Counted from the stretch's first letter, positions 1-10,102 are shown. The stretch: DNA of 38,478 bases from Oculatellaceae cyanobacterium bins.114 (GCA_033764315.1 JANRJA010000159.1:1-38478); one strand, 5' to 3'. Notes: generated by a model not told the origin, from the letters alone. Numbers and translations are program-made.

Positions 1-503
1 CCTAAGCTCAGATGAGTTTCAATCTCAGTTTGGCTGGTGTTGAGGGTGTTAACAAACCGCTCTCCAGCGATCGCCGCCGCATTCATTGAGTTTCCCAACA
101 AAATTCCGGCTAGGGGAATCACATATTGAGGGTCATACCACATGTCAGGGCGAAGCACTAACAGATTGGTATAAATCAACGTGACAGCCGCCCCCGTGAG
201 AATAGCTCCACCCACTAGCGGTAGAAGTTGGGGAATTTTTTGGCTAATGCGGTTACGAGCCACGATGGTGGCGATCGCCACCATGACGACTAGCACCGTT
301 AACACTGCCCACGGATTGCGCCAAGTAAAGACGATCGCCAAGATGTAGCCTACCATCAGCAGTTGAATGATGGTGCGTCCGGTTGCCATTGCCAGATTCC
401 ACTCTAAGCCGAGCCGTTGCCAAGCCGATAACCCAATGGCGATCGCCATCAAACCAACTGCCCAGGTCAAGTCTAGAAGATCGAGGTCAATGAGTGAATT
501 CAC
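1..503 (-). CDS. fetB: Iron-export ABC permease FetB/YbbM (UPF0014) family, 3' end outside window
   Basis: Not in the ORF track. Hand translation from GTG at 503 gives MNSLIDLDLLDLTWAVGLMAIAIGLSAWQRLGLEWNLAMATGRTIIQLLMVGYIL...WYDPQYVIPLAGILLGNSMNAAAIAGER, the typical YbbM/STAR2 motifs. Confidence 0.85.
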   Translation of the reverse strand, partial: MNSLIDLDLLDLTWAVGLMAIAIGLSAWQRLGLEWNLAMATGRTIIQLLMVGYILAIVFTWRNPWAVLTVLVVMVAIATIVARNRISQKIPQLLPLVGGAILTGAAVTLIYTNLLVLRPDMWYDPQYVIPLAGILLGNSMNAAAIAGERFVNTLNTSQTEIETHLSL

Positions 504-727
504 GGCGGTATTGCCCCTTGAGGAGCAAGAAATAGTAGGAGCAAGAGATCATGCAAAGATTGTCCTACAAAAATTGGATGACACCATTGGCGCATCCCAG
601 GTTTTAGACAACCCTAATTTTGATTTGGGGAGTCAAGCTAGCATCTGCTCCCTGAGTTTTATGGCATGATGCAAAGTATTTCGAGATTTCTTCTGACGAT
701 TCAAGTCACTCTAAACTTCAATTTTTT

Positions 728-1849
728 ATGAATCAAATACCCCCTCTGGATTTAACAGAGCAATATAAGGTGATTGGGAGCGAGGTGAATGCGGCTGTTT
801 TAGACGTATTGGCATCGGGTCGATATATTAACGGTCCGGTTGTGACTCAATTTGAGCAAGCCTTTGCGAATTATATTGGCGCAACTACCTGTATCGCCTG
901 CAACTCCGGTACAGATGCTCTGTTTTTGGCGTTACGAGCCTTCAATATTGGCGCAGGGGATGAAGTCATTACCAGTCCGTTTACCTTTATTGCAACCGCA
1001 GAAATGATTAGCGCAGCGGGTGCAACTCCGGTATTTGTAGATATTGATCCCCACACCTTTAATTTAGATCTGCATCAGATCGAGGCGGCCATTACCCCCC
1101 GGACAAAAGCCATTATGCCCGTTCACTTGTTTGGGCATCCAGTGGACATGACTCAGGTGATGGCGATCGCCCAAACCCATCAACTCTTGGTGATTGAAGA
1201 TTGCGCCCAAGCCGTAGGGGCAGCCTGGAAGGGTGTCAAGGTGGGCAATATTGGGCATATTGGCTGCTTTAGTTTTTATCCCACCAAAAATTTAGGAGCC
1301 TGTGGCGATGGAGGGGCGATTACTGTCAATGATGCGGCGATCGCCGATCGGCTTCGACTATTGCGCGATCACGGGCGGCGAGAGGGCTATATCCACGAGG
1401 AGGTGGGGGTAAATAGTCGCTTAGATGCGATACAGGCCGCAATCCTGTCCATTAAGCTGCGCTATCTCGATCATTGGAATGCGGGACGGCAAGCGGTTGC
1501 CGATCGGTATCAGCAGTTGTTAGAGCCTATGCCAGGGATTATTTTGCCACACGCCTTAGCTGAAGGAGAAGCCGTCTGGAATCAATACACCATTCGCATT
1601 CCAGCGTCAACTCAAGGCAGCAATCGCGATCGCGTCCGCCAACACCTCCAGCAACAGGGTATCGTCTCGATGATTTATTACCCATTGCCGCTGCATTTGC
1701 AGCCAGTCTATCAATCATTGGGCTATCAACCGGGACAACTTCCCGTTTCAGAGCAACTGGCGGGTGAAGTGCTGTCTCTGCCGATGTATCCAGAACTGAC
1801 ACTGGAACAGCAGGAACGGGTGATGTATGCCTTAAAGGATAGTTTTTAG
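728..1849 (+). CDS. DegT/DnrJ/EryC1/StrS family PLP aminotransferase
   Basis: NSGTDAL, IEDCAQA, SFYPTKNLG (PLP lysine) and NSRLDAIQAA motifs. Confidence 0.95.
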   Translation: MNQIPPLDLTEQYKVIGSEVNAAVLDVLASGRYINGPVVTQFEQAFANYIGATTCIACNSGTDALFLALRAFNIGAGDEVITSPFTFIATAEMISAAGATPVFVDIDPHTFNLDLHQIEAAITPRTKAIMPVHLFGHPVDMTQVMAIAQTHQLLVIEDCAQAVGAAWKGVKVGNIGHIGCFSFYPTKNLGACGDGGAITVNDAAIADRLRLLRDHGRREGYIHEEVGVNSRLDAIQAAILSIKLRYLDHWNAGRQAVADRYQQLLEPMPGIILPHALAEGEAVWNQYTIRIPASTQGSNRDRVRQHLQQQGIVSMIYYPLPLHLQPVYQSLGYQPGQLPVSEQLAGEVLSLPMYPELTLEQQERVMYALKDSF

Positions 1850-1861
1850 GGCGGAATGAGA

Positions 1862-3469
1862 TCAAAGCGCGATCGCAATGCCATCGGCTCTGGGTTCCGA
1901 GGCGGCGATAAAAACCCCTTTCTGGTGAAGGATAATCTGTCCTTTGCCAAACTGACCCACCTCGGCACTGACTTGAACGGTATGTCCGCGATCGCTTAAC
2001 CCCATTGCCACCGAACGAGGAACGGTGGATTCCAAGAGTACGGTTTTTCCAGACAACACGCGCCAGCGAGGGGCGTCAAGTGCCGCTTGAGGATTCATGC
2101 CATAATCCACCAGGTTCACCACAACCTGGGTGTGTCCCTGGGGTTGCATGGGGGCACCCATGACCCCAAATGGGCCCAAAGGGGTGCCATCCAGTTGGGT
2201 GAGAAAGCCGGGAATGATAGTGTGAAAGGGACGCTTGGCTGCCCCCACACCGTTAGGATGTCCAGGATCGAGCGTGAAGCCTGCTCCTCGATTGTGCAAA
2301 GCAATTCCCGTGCCGGGTACTAGAATGCCACTGCCAAACCCTTCGTAGTTTGATTGGATGAAGGACACCATCAAATCGGGGTCAGCCGCCGCTAGGTAGA
2401 CCGTGCCGCCTTTTGGGATCCCAAAGGTTGGAGTGGCGATCGCCTCTTCGCTAATCAGGTGTCGCCGTTCAGCGGCATAGGTCTTGCTGATTAACTGCTC
2501 AGCCGTGATAGACATAAAACGGGGATCGGCAATGTAGTGATAGGCATCGGCAAACGCCAGTTTCATCGCCTCAATTTGCAGATGAAAGCTCTGAATCGAG
2601 TCACGGGGATATCGTGCCAAATCAAAGCCTTCAAGAAGATTCAGAGTAATTAGAGCTGCAATTCCCTGACCGCTGGGGGGCAGTTCCCACACTCTTAAAT
2701 CTCGATAGGTGCTAGAAATCGGATCAACCCACTCGGCTTGGTGATCCGCCAAGTCAGCTTTTGTTAATAAACCACCCGTCTCAGCCGCAAACTGGGCAAT
2801 TTGCTCGGCTAACTCGCCGCGATAAAAGCTCTCGCCTCCACTCTGGGCGATCGCCTTGAGGGTTGTGCCATGAGCCTTGCTGCCCCAGATTTCTCCGGCT
2901 TGAGGAGCGCGATCGCCTGGAAAAAAGACAGCCTTGAGCGGTTGAAACGCTGGATCTTTAAGAGACAAAAAAACGGGTGCCGCCTGTCGCCACGCCCGTG
3001 CTGTTTGGGGTGAGACGGGAAACCCCTCGTCGGCATAGCGGATAGCTGGCTCAAACAGTTGCTCAAAGGGCAATTTTCCCCACCGTTCCCACAGAGCACG
3101 CCATGCTGAGACGGCCCCCGGCACGGTCACGGCTAACCAACTCAAGGGGGGCACTTGGGTCAATCCACTAAAACATTCAGGCGTGCAGGCTTGGGCACTC
3201 TTGCCCGATCCATTTAAGCCATGCAGCTTGCCATCCCACACAATCGCAAAGGCATCAGACCCAATGCCATTGGAGGTCGGTTCTACAACTGTGAGGGCGA
3301 TCGCCATTGCCAGTGCTGCATCGACGGCATTTCCCCCGGCCAACAGCATTTCTATACCAGCGGCTGTAGCGAGGGGTTGACTGGTCGCCACGGCACCCCG
3401 TTGTCCCATGACAACTCGTCTTCCAGACGCATAGGGATAGTCAGTGAGATTTTGAATATGAATGGTCAT
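1862..3469 (-). CDS. ggt: Gamma-glutamyltransferase family protein
   Basis: GGNAVDAA, VVEPTSNGIGSD, VPGAV, nucleophile Thr in GGTVYL, GFGSG, KRPFHTIIPG, GAPMQPQG and C-terminal EPRADG. Confidence 0.93.
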   Translation of the reverse strand: MTIHIQNLTDYPYASGRRVVMGQRGAVATSQPLATAAGIEMLLAGGNAVDAALAMAIALTVVEPTSNGIGSDAFAIVWDGKLHGLNGSGKSAQACTPECFSGLTQVPPLSWLAVTVPGAVSAWRALWERWGKLPFEQLFEPAIRYADEGFPVSPQTARAWRQAAPVFLSLKDPAFQPLKAVFFPGDRAPQAGEIWGSKAHGTTLKAIAQSGGESFYRGELAEQIAQFAAETGGLLTKADLADHQAEWVDPISSTYRDLRVWELPPSGQGIAALITLNLLEGFDLARYPRDSIQSFHLQIEAMKLAFADAYHYIADPRFMSITAEQLISKTYAAERRHLISEEAIATPTFGIPKGGTVYLAAADPDLMVSFIQSNYEGFGSGILVPGTGIALHNRGAGFTLDPGHPNGVGAAKRPFHTIIPGFLTQLDGTPLGPFGVMGAPMQPQGHTQVVVNLVDYGMNPQAALDAPRWRVLSGKTVLLESTVPRSVAMGLSDRGHTVQVSAEVGQFGKGQIILHQKGVFIAASEPRADGIAIAL

Positions 3470-3558
3470 GACGTTAAGGTCAGGTGCCTCTGGGATTGAT
3501 ACATCCTCAACAGGGACTCAAAAACAGGGATTCAAAGTCGCCCAACTTAGAGAATTGA

Positions 3559-3782
3559 TACTAATACGCGATGTGCAATTTAGAGGTTTAGATCCCCGGT
3601 TGCTCGTTCAGCATCCTCCAAGTAGTCTGATTTGCGTCACAGCAACCGGGGATCTGGGAAAGTCGCACACGGGGCTACTCATTCAACCAATCACGGTTAC
3701 AGATCAGCGGTAAGGGCATTTCGCAACACGCCCCTCCGAGGAGATTGATGGGTAGCCCAAATTTTTAGAAACAGTATGAGTA
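3559..3782. mobile_element. Composite palindromic MITE/REP-like element
   Basis: Ends TACTAATAC...GTATGAGTA. Perfect 15-bp IR AGATCCCCGGTTGCT/AGCAACCGGGGATCT (3590-3604/3641-3655), and a second IR GGGCTACTCAT...ATGGGTAGCCC enclosing a REP-like GGGC..GCCC hairpin. Confidence 0.55.
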
Positions 3783-3815
3783 GGCCAAGAGGACTGATTG
3801 CCTTTATCTTATAGC

Positions 3816-3858
3816 AGCCCTTAATCGCTGGTAAAAGTATCTACAGCGATTAAGGGCT
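3816..3858. terminator. Perfect 15-bp inverted repeat downstream of the surface-protein gene (terminator or stability hairpin)
   Basis: AGCCCTTAATCGCTG-N13-CAGCGATTAAGGGCT. Confidence 0.5.
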
Positions 3859-3982
3859 CAGTGAGGCCCACTTTTTGCTTTGGCACAAGAGACTTAAGCC
3901 CCTTGCCTACACCCTATAAACATGAAAACCGTTGGATCTTGTCAACCCCTTTGAACGGTTCAACCTTTCCGTTAGAGCTGGT

Positions 3983-6718
3983 TTAGATGAAGTAATTAGT
4001 GACCGGTAACACGCCTGCCATGACATCGCGTCGGGGCATCGTGATGCCTGTGACATCAACTAATAGATCTCGATTTGAGAATCCCGCAACTCGGTTATTG
4101 ACTGAGAGATAGGTGCGTCGCTTCCACTTAAACAACACTGCTTCATTAGGGCGCAAGGCTTGCTTGCCTTTGGTTCGCCAGTTTTTATCGGCATAGGCAG
4201 ACCGGGCGGCAGCGGTTAGATTGCGTCCTGTGACTCGCCCCGCATTAAATAAGGCAGTGGGACGGTTAGGGGTTGCCAGATTGTTGTCGTAGTCAAGTTG
4301 GATGCGATCGCCCTCCACAACTCGAAAATCAGTAATGCGATCGATCTCCACAAAACGAGAATTTAAGAAGGTATCAGATTGGCTCACCCCTCTGTACGTA
4401 AAGCGATCGGCTCCGCCCCCTCCGGTTAAGATATCGGCTGCTCCATGACCAACGATGGTGTTACTGTTGGCGTCTCCCAACAGCGTGTCACGACCTCTCG
4501 TGCCTAAGATCTGGTTTCCTCCCGTTGGATTGGTTGGGTCAGTGGGATTTGTCGGATTGGTTGGGTCAGTGGGGTTTGTAGGGTTTGTCGGATTGGTTGG
4601 GTCAGTTGGAATCGTTGGAATCCCAGTATTGGGTGGAACAACGCCCCCTGCCTCAAACGCTCCGATATCAGGAAGACTATCGCGTGCAGCCCCTCTCTGA
4701 TCGGTGCTGGGTGCGCCTGCTACTGCCGCATTCAACGCGGGACTGCCGGTTAACAGCGCATGGGTTGGTAAGCCACCACCATTATCTTGCAACGGCCCCA
4801 GACGTGGATCAACGAGCGTAATCGAGGCAGTGGCGTTATAGTCATTGCCGTTGTTGGTGAGCTTGGGAGGCCACTGAATGTTGCCCCCTTGATCCGTTAA
4901 CAGGCGACTTGTGTGCTGTTGAATGCCCCAGGCGTTGGTGCCATTGTCAGCCGTGTTATTAGAAAAGATGGTGTTTCTCACGCTGACAGGGTCACTGTTT
5001 GCCGCGATCGCTCCCCCGACCCAGCCTGCTCGGTTGTTGGCAAAGGTTGAGTTGACGATCGTGGCTGGGCCATACAACGCCATGCCACCCCCAACTCGAT
5101 TAAAATCGGTTCCCAGAGTCCGATTACCCGAAAAGGTGCTGTTGGTAATCGTGGCTGGAGCATCAAACATCCATAAGCCTCCGCCTTGATTGGCAGCGGT
5201 GTTGTTGGCAAACGTGGTGTTGCTGATGGTTAATCCTCGATTGTTGCCATTGCTCAACACCACTAAGCCACCTCCATTGCCTGCATTGCCCCCGTTGGGT
5301 AACGCTAGAACTTCGTTGTTGGTGAAGCTGCTCGATTGAATGATGACATTGTCTTGCGTGGCGTTGTAAAGATAGGCGGCTCCCCCTTCGCCCCGTCCCC
5401 GGTTGCCGTCAAAAATGCTGTTAACAATGCGAATGGTGCCAGAGGTTTCGCTAGTGGAACTGGCGCGATCGGTATAGATCGCTCCGCCATAACCCCGCAA
5501 GAAAGGATTAGGTTGACCATTGTCATAGACCGCAGCCGTGGTGGAGTTGTTGATAAAGCGCGAGTTTTCGATAGTTAGCTTGCCATTCAAGCTGTTGATC
5601 GCGCCCCCGTTGATGCCCTGGTTGTTGGTAAAGCTGCTGTTGCGGACAATGAAGTTTCCAGGACTGACAAAAGCGATCGCCCCTGCTCCCCGTTCATCAT
5701 TGCCTGCGGTGGCTCGGTTACTGTCAAATTGGGAGTTAGTAACGGTGAGTTGATTCTCCCAGGCACTATAAATTGCCCCACCCCCGTTGTTTGCCACATT
5801 GTTTTGAAATCTGACTGCCTCGACCGTAATGTTGGCTCGATGTTCTCCATTAATGGCACCCCCTCTGTCAGCAGTGAACCCGTTGACGAGAGCCAAATTT
5901 TTGAATGTAATAGTCGTGGGAAAGTCTTGATTAGATCTGACTAGAAAAATGCGGGAACTGTTGTTGCCACTGATGCTGAGTCCGGCAGCAGTCGAACCAT
6001 CGATGGTAATGTTTTTGCCGGGAGTAATTTCAAGCTGGCCGCTCGTGAGGGTAATGGTCTGGTTAGCTAAATTCGCTGCAAATTGAATGGTTGTGCCTGC
6101 CGTTGCAGCGGCGATCGCGGCTCTGAGAGAACCTGCCCCACTATCAGCGGTGGTCGTGACGGTGATGATATTCATCACGCCGTTGTAGGTTTGCAGAACG
6201 TCCGATCGCAGGCTAGTTTGAGCTTCAATCGCCCCAGTGCTAGCTTCGAGCACCCAGTCACCACCCAGTGATGCGGCTCCAGTGAAATTGGTCGAGGCCG
6301 CAACATCGGCTCCGGTCAATTGACTGAGGTGATCGATAAAGGTCGTGTCTGCTCGTGCAACATCGCAGCCATAGATCAGTAAGTCCCCCCGCTCTGTCAA
6401 AGCGGTTTGCCACTGTTGCAGTTGCTCAGCATAAGCCGTCAGACTGTCGTTGCTCAATACCGTGTTACCCAAAAGCAATTGCCCTGAACTGCCGTGAGCA
6501 AAAATCTCAATGCTCTCCAGGTTTTGGTGAGATTGCAACGCAGTCGTAATTTGAGTTACCCCATCGCGGGTTGGGTCAAGAATAATGACCTCAGTGCCGG
6601 GGGTGACTCCTGCAACCAAGCTCTGATAATCGGGTAAGGCAGCATCAATAATGGCGATCGCTCTAGTGGATGCAACAGTTGCAGCTTGAGGATTAGTCGC
6701 TTGAGTAATCGTTGACAT
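3983..6718 (-). CDS. Secreted surface protein: DUF4347-like N-domain, Pmp-like beta-helix (GGAI/FxxN) repeats, PT linker, RTX-like nonapeptides and bluetail-like C-terminal domain
   Basis: N-terminal AHGSSGQLLLG...LLIYGCDVA...TGADVAAST...GGDWVLE (DUF4347-like), ADSGAGSLRAAI, repeated GGAI/FxxN, LGPLQDNGG...PALNA...DQRG...DIGAFE, and GADILTGGGGADRF. Confidence 0.85.
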   Translation of the reverse strand: MSTITQATNPQAATVASTRAIAIIDAALPDYQSLVAGVTPGTEVIILDPTRDGVTQITTALQSHQNLESIEIFAHGSSGQLLLGNTVLSNDSLTAYAEQLQQWQTALTERGDLLIYGCDVARADTTFIDHLSQLTGADVAASTNFTGAASLGGDWVLEASTGAIEAQTSLRSDVLQTYNGVMNIITVTTTADSGAGSLRAAIAAATAGTTIQFAANLANQTITLTSGQLEITPGKNITIDGSTAAGLSISGNNSSRIFLVRSNQDFPTTITFKNLALVNGFTADRGGAINGEHRANITVEAVRFQNNVANNGGGAIYSAWENQLTVTNSQFDSNRATAGNDERGAGAIAFVSPGNFIVRNSSFTNNQGINGGAINSLNGKLTIENSRFINNSTTAAVYDNGQPNPFLRGYGGAIYTDRASSTSETSGTIRIVNSIFDGNRGRGEGGAAYLYNATQDNVIIQSSSFTNNEVLALPNGGNAGNGGGLVVLSNGNNRGLTISNTTFANNTAANQGGGLWMFDAPATITNSTFSGNRTLGTDFNRVGGGMALYGPATIVNSTFANNRAGWVGGAIAANSDPVSVRNTIFSNNTADNGTNAWGIQQHTSRLLTDQGGNIQWPPKLTNNGNDYNATASITLVDPRLGPLQDNGGGLPTHALLTGSPALNAAVAGAPSTDQRGAARDSLPDIGAFEAGGVVPPNTGIPTIPTDPTNPTNPTNPTDPTNPTNPTDPTNPTGGNQILGTRGRDTLLGDANSNTIVGHGAADILTGGGGADRFTYRGVSQSDTFLNSRFVEIDRITDFRVVEGDRIQLDYDNNLATPNRPTALFNAGRVTGRNLTAAARSAYADKNWRTKGKQALRPNEAVLFKWKRRTYLSVNNRVAGFSNRDLLVDVTGITMPRRDVMAGVLPVTNYFI
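4522..4623 (-). repeat. 9-bp coding tandem repeat encoding a (PTN/PTD)n linker
   Basis: Protein reads IPTIPTDPTNPTNPTNPTDPTNPTNPTDPTNPT. Confidence 0.9.
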
Positions 6719-7045
6719 GAAGCCTCCTTAAAATGCGGTCTTAAGTTGAAAAGTCATTTTGGACGTGCAAAAGGATGCCCCCAATTACGAGACGGAAGTT
6801 GGAAAAAGTTTGATGGCAACTGTCAAGACAGTTAATAAAGGGGATATAGGCACGAAGCCCCTGCACCCCGTCCTAGCCAATTCTTGGTTGCTATAGATGG
6901 GCAAAAGCAAGTCTCAGACGTGAGGCCAAATCTGGAGTCTCCAGCCTAAAAATGCATGAATAGCGGAGTTGGTTAAATCTGCTCAAACCCTCAGCGATCG
7001 CTAGAATGCCAGCCCAGGAAGACTCTGGAGATCGGTCAAAACTTT

Positions 7046-7116
7046 AGGGGTGAAGCATTTGCACTTTAGTAAAGATGGATGGGAAACCATGCTTGACGCA
7101 AACGCTTCGTCCCTAC
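7046..7116. repeat. REP-like palindrome (TAGGGGTGAAGCATTTGC...GCAAACGCTTCGTCCCTAC)
   Basis: Imperfect inverted arms with GTAG/CTAC-type ends, typical of cyanobacterial dispersed palindromes. Boundaries approximate. Confidence 0.55.
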
Positions 7117-7400
7117 CCCAGATCGATATCTTGAACTGATGCTCTAGCCATCTCAATGCCAGCCATCGTTACGCTAGTTAGAATCAATGCCTAAAACACG
7201 AGTTAAGTCGGATGTGGGTGAACTGCTATCGATGACGGACAATGGCGTTGAATAGTGCCTGTCTCATACAAGTCAATGCTTTGTAAGGGGGCAACCTAAA
7301 CCGGAGATTAAGTCAGGGGAGAGATGTTGACTGATGGTAGGGGGCTAGTGGTTCATGACGGTAGAGCAACCCCTGCATCATCTCGATCGCAATTTCGATA

Positions 7401-7443
7401 AAAGTTGGCTTTAGTCTTCCCACGTTTGGCTGAAAAACAATCA
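7401..7443 (-). promoter_or_regulatory. Conserved upstream motif, copy 1 (GGGAAGACT, candidate SigJ/SigF-type extended -10)
   Basis: 33/43 identical, ungapped, to 10060-10102. Each copy lies upstream of one paralogous surface-protein gene. Confidence 0.55.
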
Positions 7444-7465
7444 CTGTTATTGCTGAAGTTGTGGA

Positions 7466-7543
7466 TAGTCCTAAACAAGTCAGGATATGCTGTGCGGAGC
7501 GCGGCATATCCTGACTCAAAAATCATTCCTTTTATGAGGACTA
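7466..7543. repeat. Small palindromic element with TAGTCCT/AGGACTA ends and a strong internal hairpin
   Basis: 13-bp IR AGTCAGGATATGC/GCATATCCTGACT (7478-7490/7504-7516), just downstream of the stop at 7582. Confidence 0.55.
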
Positions 7544-7581
7544 CCAAGTTGTGGATTGGATGCTCTGTTGAGATCTGCTGA

Positions 7582-9624
7582 CTAGATGAAGTAGTGAGCT
7601 ACAGGCAAAACGCCTGCCACCACATCCCGTCGCGGCATCGCAATCCCTGTGACATCGATGAGCAAATCTCGATTTGAAAAACCTGCGGACTGATTGTTGA
7701 CCGACAGGTAGGTGTGTCGATTCCAGGTAAAAAGAACACCTTCGTTAGCCCTTAGGGGTTGTTTACCTGTAGTCCGTCGGTTTTTGTCAGCATAGGCGGT
7801 TCGTGCGGCTGTTAGCAGATTTCGTCCTGTGACTCGTCCAGCATTAAATAGAGCCGTTGGACGTTCACTGGTTATCAAATTGTTGTCAAAGTTAAGTTGT
7901 AAGCGATCGCCCTCCCGCACTTGAAAGTCGGTAATTCGATCGACTGCCCCAAGCCGTGAGTCTAAAAAGGTGTCTGCCTGGTTCACCCCGCTATAGTGAA
8001 AGCGATCGCCCCCCGCACGTCCCGTCAACACATCGGCGGCTCCATCTCCCACCAAGACATTGCTATTGCTGTTTCCCAGCAGGGTGTCGCGCCCTCTGGT
8101 TCCTAAGATGGCGTTTGCTCCCGTGATGCTATCGGCCCAGATGCTCCTGGCTCCGGCTCCAGTGGCGATCGCTGGACTACCGGGGAGGATTGTATGGGTG
8201 AGAAAACCGCTGCCATTTGCCTGTAAGGGGCCTAGCAAAGGATTGGCAATTCGGCTGTTGGCTGTCACTCTGGGATCGTTGGCCGCAGGTGCAGGAAATT
8301 CAATATTGCCTCCTCCGTCTTGCAGTGATCGTCTAGTTTGCTGAAGAGTGCCCCAGGGATTTCCCCCAGTGTTGTTTGCCACAATCGAGTTAGCGAGGGT
8401 GACTGGTTGATTGCCAAACCAAAAAGCCCCCCCTTGAAATCCGGCTCGGTTATTGACGATCGTTGTATTTGTAATAGTGGTCGCGTTAGTATCCCGATTG
8501 GCCAGGGTGATGGCTCCTCCCAACCCACCGCCATTGCCGTTGTCGGCAACGTTGCCCGTGAAGGTGCTGTTGCTGATTGTCGTGGGTGATGTCTCCCCGA
8601 CCCATAAGCCCCCACCTTGCTCCAAAGCTGTGTTGTTGGCAAATGTGGTATCGCGGATCGTCAACTCAGCATTGCCATGTCGTAGCCCACCGCCCAATGC
8701 GGCTCCATCGGCATCACGAATGACAGAATTTCCGATAATCGTGCTGCCTTCAACAATGACGCGATCGGGCGGATAGGCAAACAGGAACATCGCTCCTCCC
8801 TGTCCTGCGCCCCGATTTCCTTCAAAGCGACTATTGCGAATCGTAATTGTGCCTCCGATCGTGCCAGGGCCAGAGCTAGAGCCAGAAGAATTAGCTCCAT
8901 CCGTATAAATTGCTCCTCCATAGCCACTCGTGCCTCCGGTTCTGGCACCCCCCGGAGTTGAATCATTGTTGATAAACACGGAGTCTTCAACGGTCAACGG
9001 CCCAAGCAAGCTGTTAATCGCGCCGCCGTTGATGCCCCGATTGTTTGTAAATCGACTGCCTCGGACGGTCAAACTACCACCGCTAGCAGTGGCGATCGCC
9101 CCTCCTCCCCGTTCATTAAAGGCTGCCGTACCATCGTTGCCGTTAAAGCGGCTGTTAGCGATCAGAGTGGTACTGCGAAATCCAGCAAAAACGCCTGCCC
9201 CAAACCCAGCCACGTTGTTATTGACCTGCGTATTGATCAGGGTTAAGTTGGCACTTCCTTCGGTAAAGATGCCTGCCCCTGCGTAGTTTCGTCTCTCTTC
9301 TTCTGTAGCACTGGTAAAGGCTAGACGAGGGCTGTTAAGCCGACCATTGGCAACGATCAGATTTTGGAGGGTGAAATTTTTTTCCCGTTGCACAAAGAAT
9401 ACTCGACTGGCGTTGTTGCCGCTGATGGTCAGGTTCGAGGCACCTGTGCCATCAATGGTCAGGCTTTTGTTGATGACGAGTTGACCACTCGTGAGGGTGA
9501 TGGTTCGATTGGCTAGATTTGACGCAAAGCGAATGGTGCTACCTGCGGTCGCAGTCGCGATCGCCGCTCTAAGGGAACCTGCTCCACTATCGGCGGCACT
9601 GGTAACGGTGATAACAGTTGACAT
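7582..9624 (-). CDS. Secreted beta-helix surface protein, paralog of 3983..6718 lacking the DUF4347-like domain and PT linker
   Basis: Starts MSTVITVTSAADSGAGSLRAAI. GGAI/FxxN repeats, and a C-terminus nearly identical to the paralog (PTALFNAGRVTGRNL...GFSNRDLLIDVTGIAMPRRDVVAGVLPVAHYFI). Confidence 0.88.
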   Translation of the reverse strand: MSTVITVTSAADSGAGSLRAAIATATAGSTIRFASNLANRTITLTSGQLVINKSLTIDGTGASNLTISGNNASRVFFVQREKNFTLQNLIVANGRLNSPRLAFTSATEEERRNYAGAGIFTEGSANLTLINTQVNNNVAGFGAGVFAGFRSTTLIANSRFNGNDGTAAFNERGGGAIATASGGSLTVRGSRFTNNRGINGGAINSLLGPLTVEDSVFINNDSTPGGARTGGTSGYGGAIYTDGANSSGSSSGPGTIGGTITIRNSRFEGNRGAGQGGAMFLFAYPPDRVIVEGSTIIGNSVIRDADGAALGGGLRHGNAELTIRDTTFANNTALEQGGGLWVGETSPTTISNSTFTGNVADNGNGGGLGGAITLANRDTNATTITNTTIVNNRAGFQGGAFWFGNQPVTLANSIVANNTGGNPWGTLQQTRRSLQDGGGNIEFPAPAANDPRVTANSRIANPLLGPLQANGSGFLTHTILPGSPAIATGAGARSIWADSITGANAILGTRGRDTLLGNSNSNVLVGDGAADVLTGRAGGDRFHYSGVNQADTFLDSRLGAVDRITDFQVREGDRLQLNFDNNLITSERPTALFNAGRVTGRNLLTAARTAYADKNRRTTGKQPLRANEGVLFTWNRHTYLSVNNQSAGFSNRDLLIDVTGIAMPRRDVVAGVLPVAHYFI

Positions 9625-10059
9625 GAAAACCTCCTTAAAACGCTAACTGAGGTAAAAGAATGCGTGTTGGATGCACAACAAAGTGCCCTCAGATTAGAAA
9701 TGAGGGTGAATCAATCGTTTGTATCAGTTCTAGAAATGACTGCTATGGCTCCCCCATCGCCTGCGTCACCTCCCCTTGACTCAGGGAAGTTGGGAGGGGT
9801 CAGATGGGTAGCCTTCAAAAATTGAATGGGTTTGAAGCTAGAAACGTGTGTCTCAACAGAGCTTGATGGAGTTTTATTAATCGCTTCAATTGGAATGCAT
9901 TAAATGCAATTTGGACAAGCTCTTGGCGATCGCCCGCCTTGCAGTTTCCAGTTTTTGAAACCTAACAGGGGCGATCGTTGTGGATATTGGGGTGGTAGGT
10001 GCTGAGAGAGAGATAGCGGTAGAGCGGCCTCTGTGATTCCAAAAGTCGTGGCATCTCCC

Positions 10060-10102
10060 AAAGTTGGCTTTAGTCTGCCCAAACTGATATGGAAACCAAT
10101 CA
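10060..10102 (-). promoter_or_regulatory. Conserved upstream motif, copy 2 (GGGCAGACT)
   Basis: Ungapped match to 7401-7443. Confidence 0.55.

Noticed and set aside
6720..7400. c-di-GMP riboswitch or ops element in the surface-protein leader
   Set aside because: No GGCAAA/GAAA/GACGCAAAGC architecture on the coding strand, and the CGGTAG motif is on the wrong strand for ops.
4455..9286. Numerous antisense and overlapping ORFs in the track (here and across the window)
   Set aside because: They are shadows of long real genes and repeat-rich codons, with no independent motifs.
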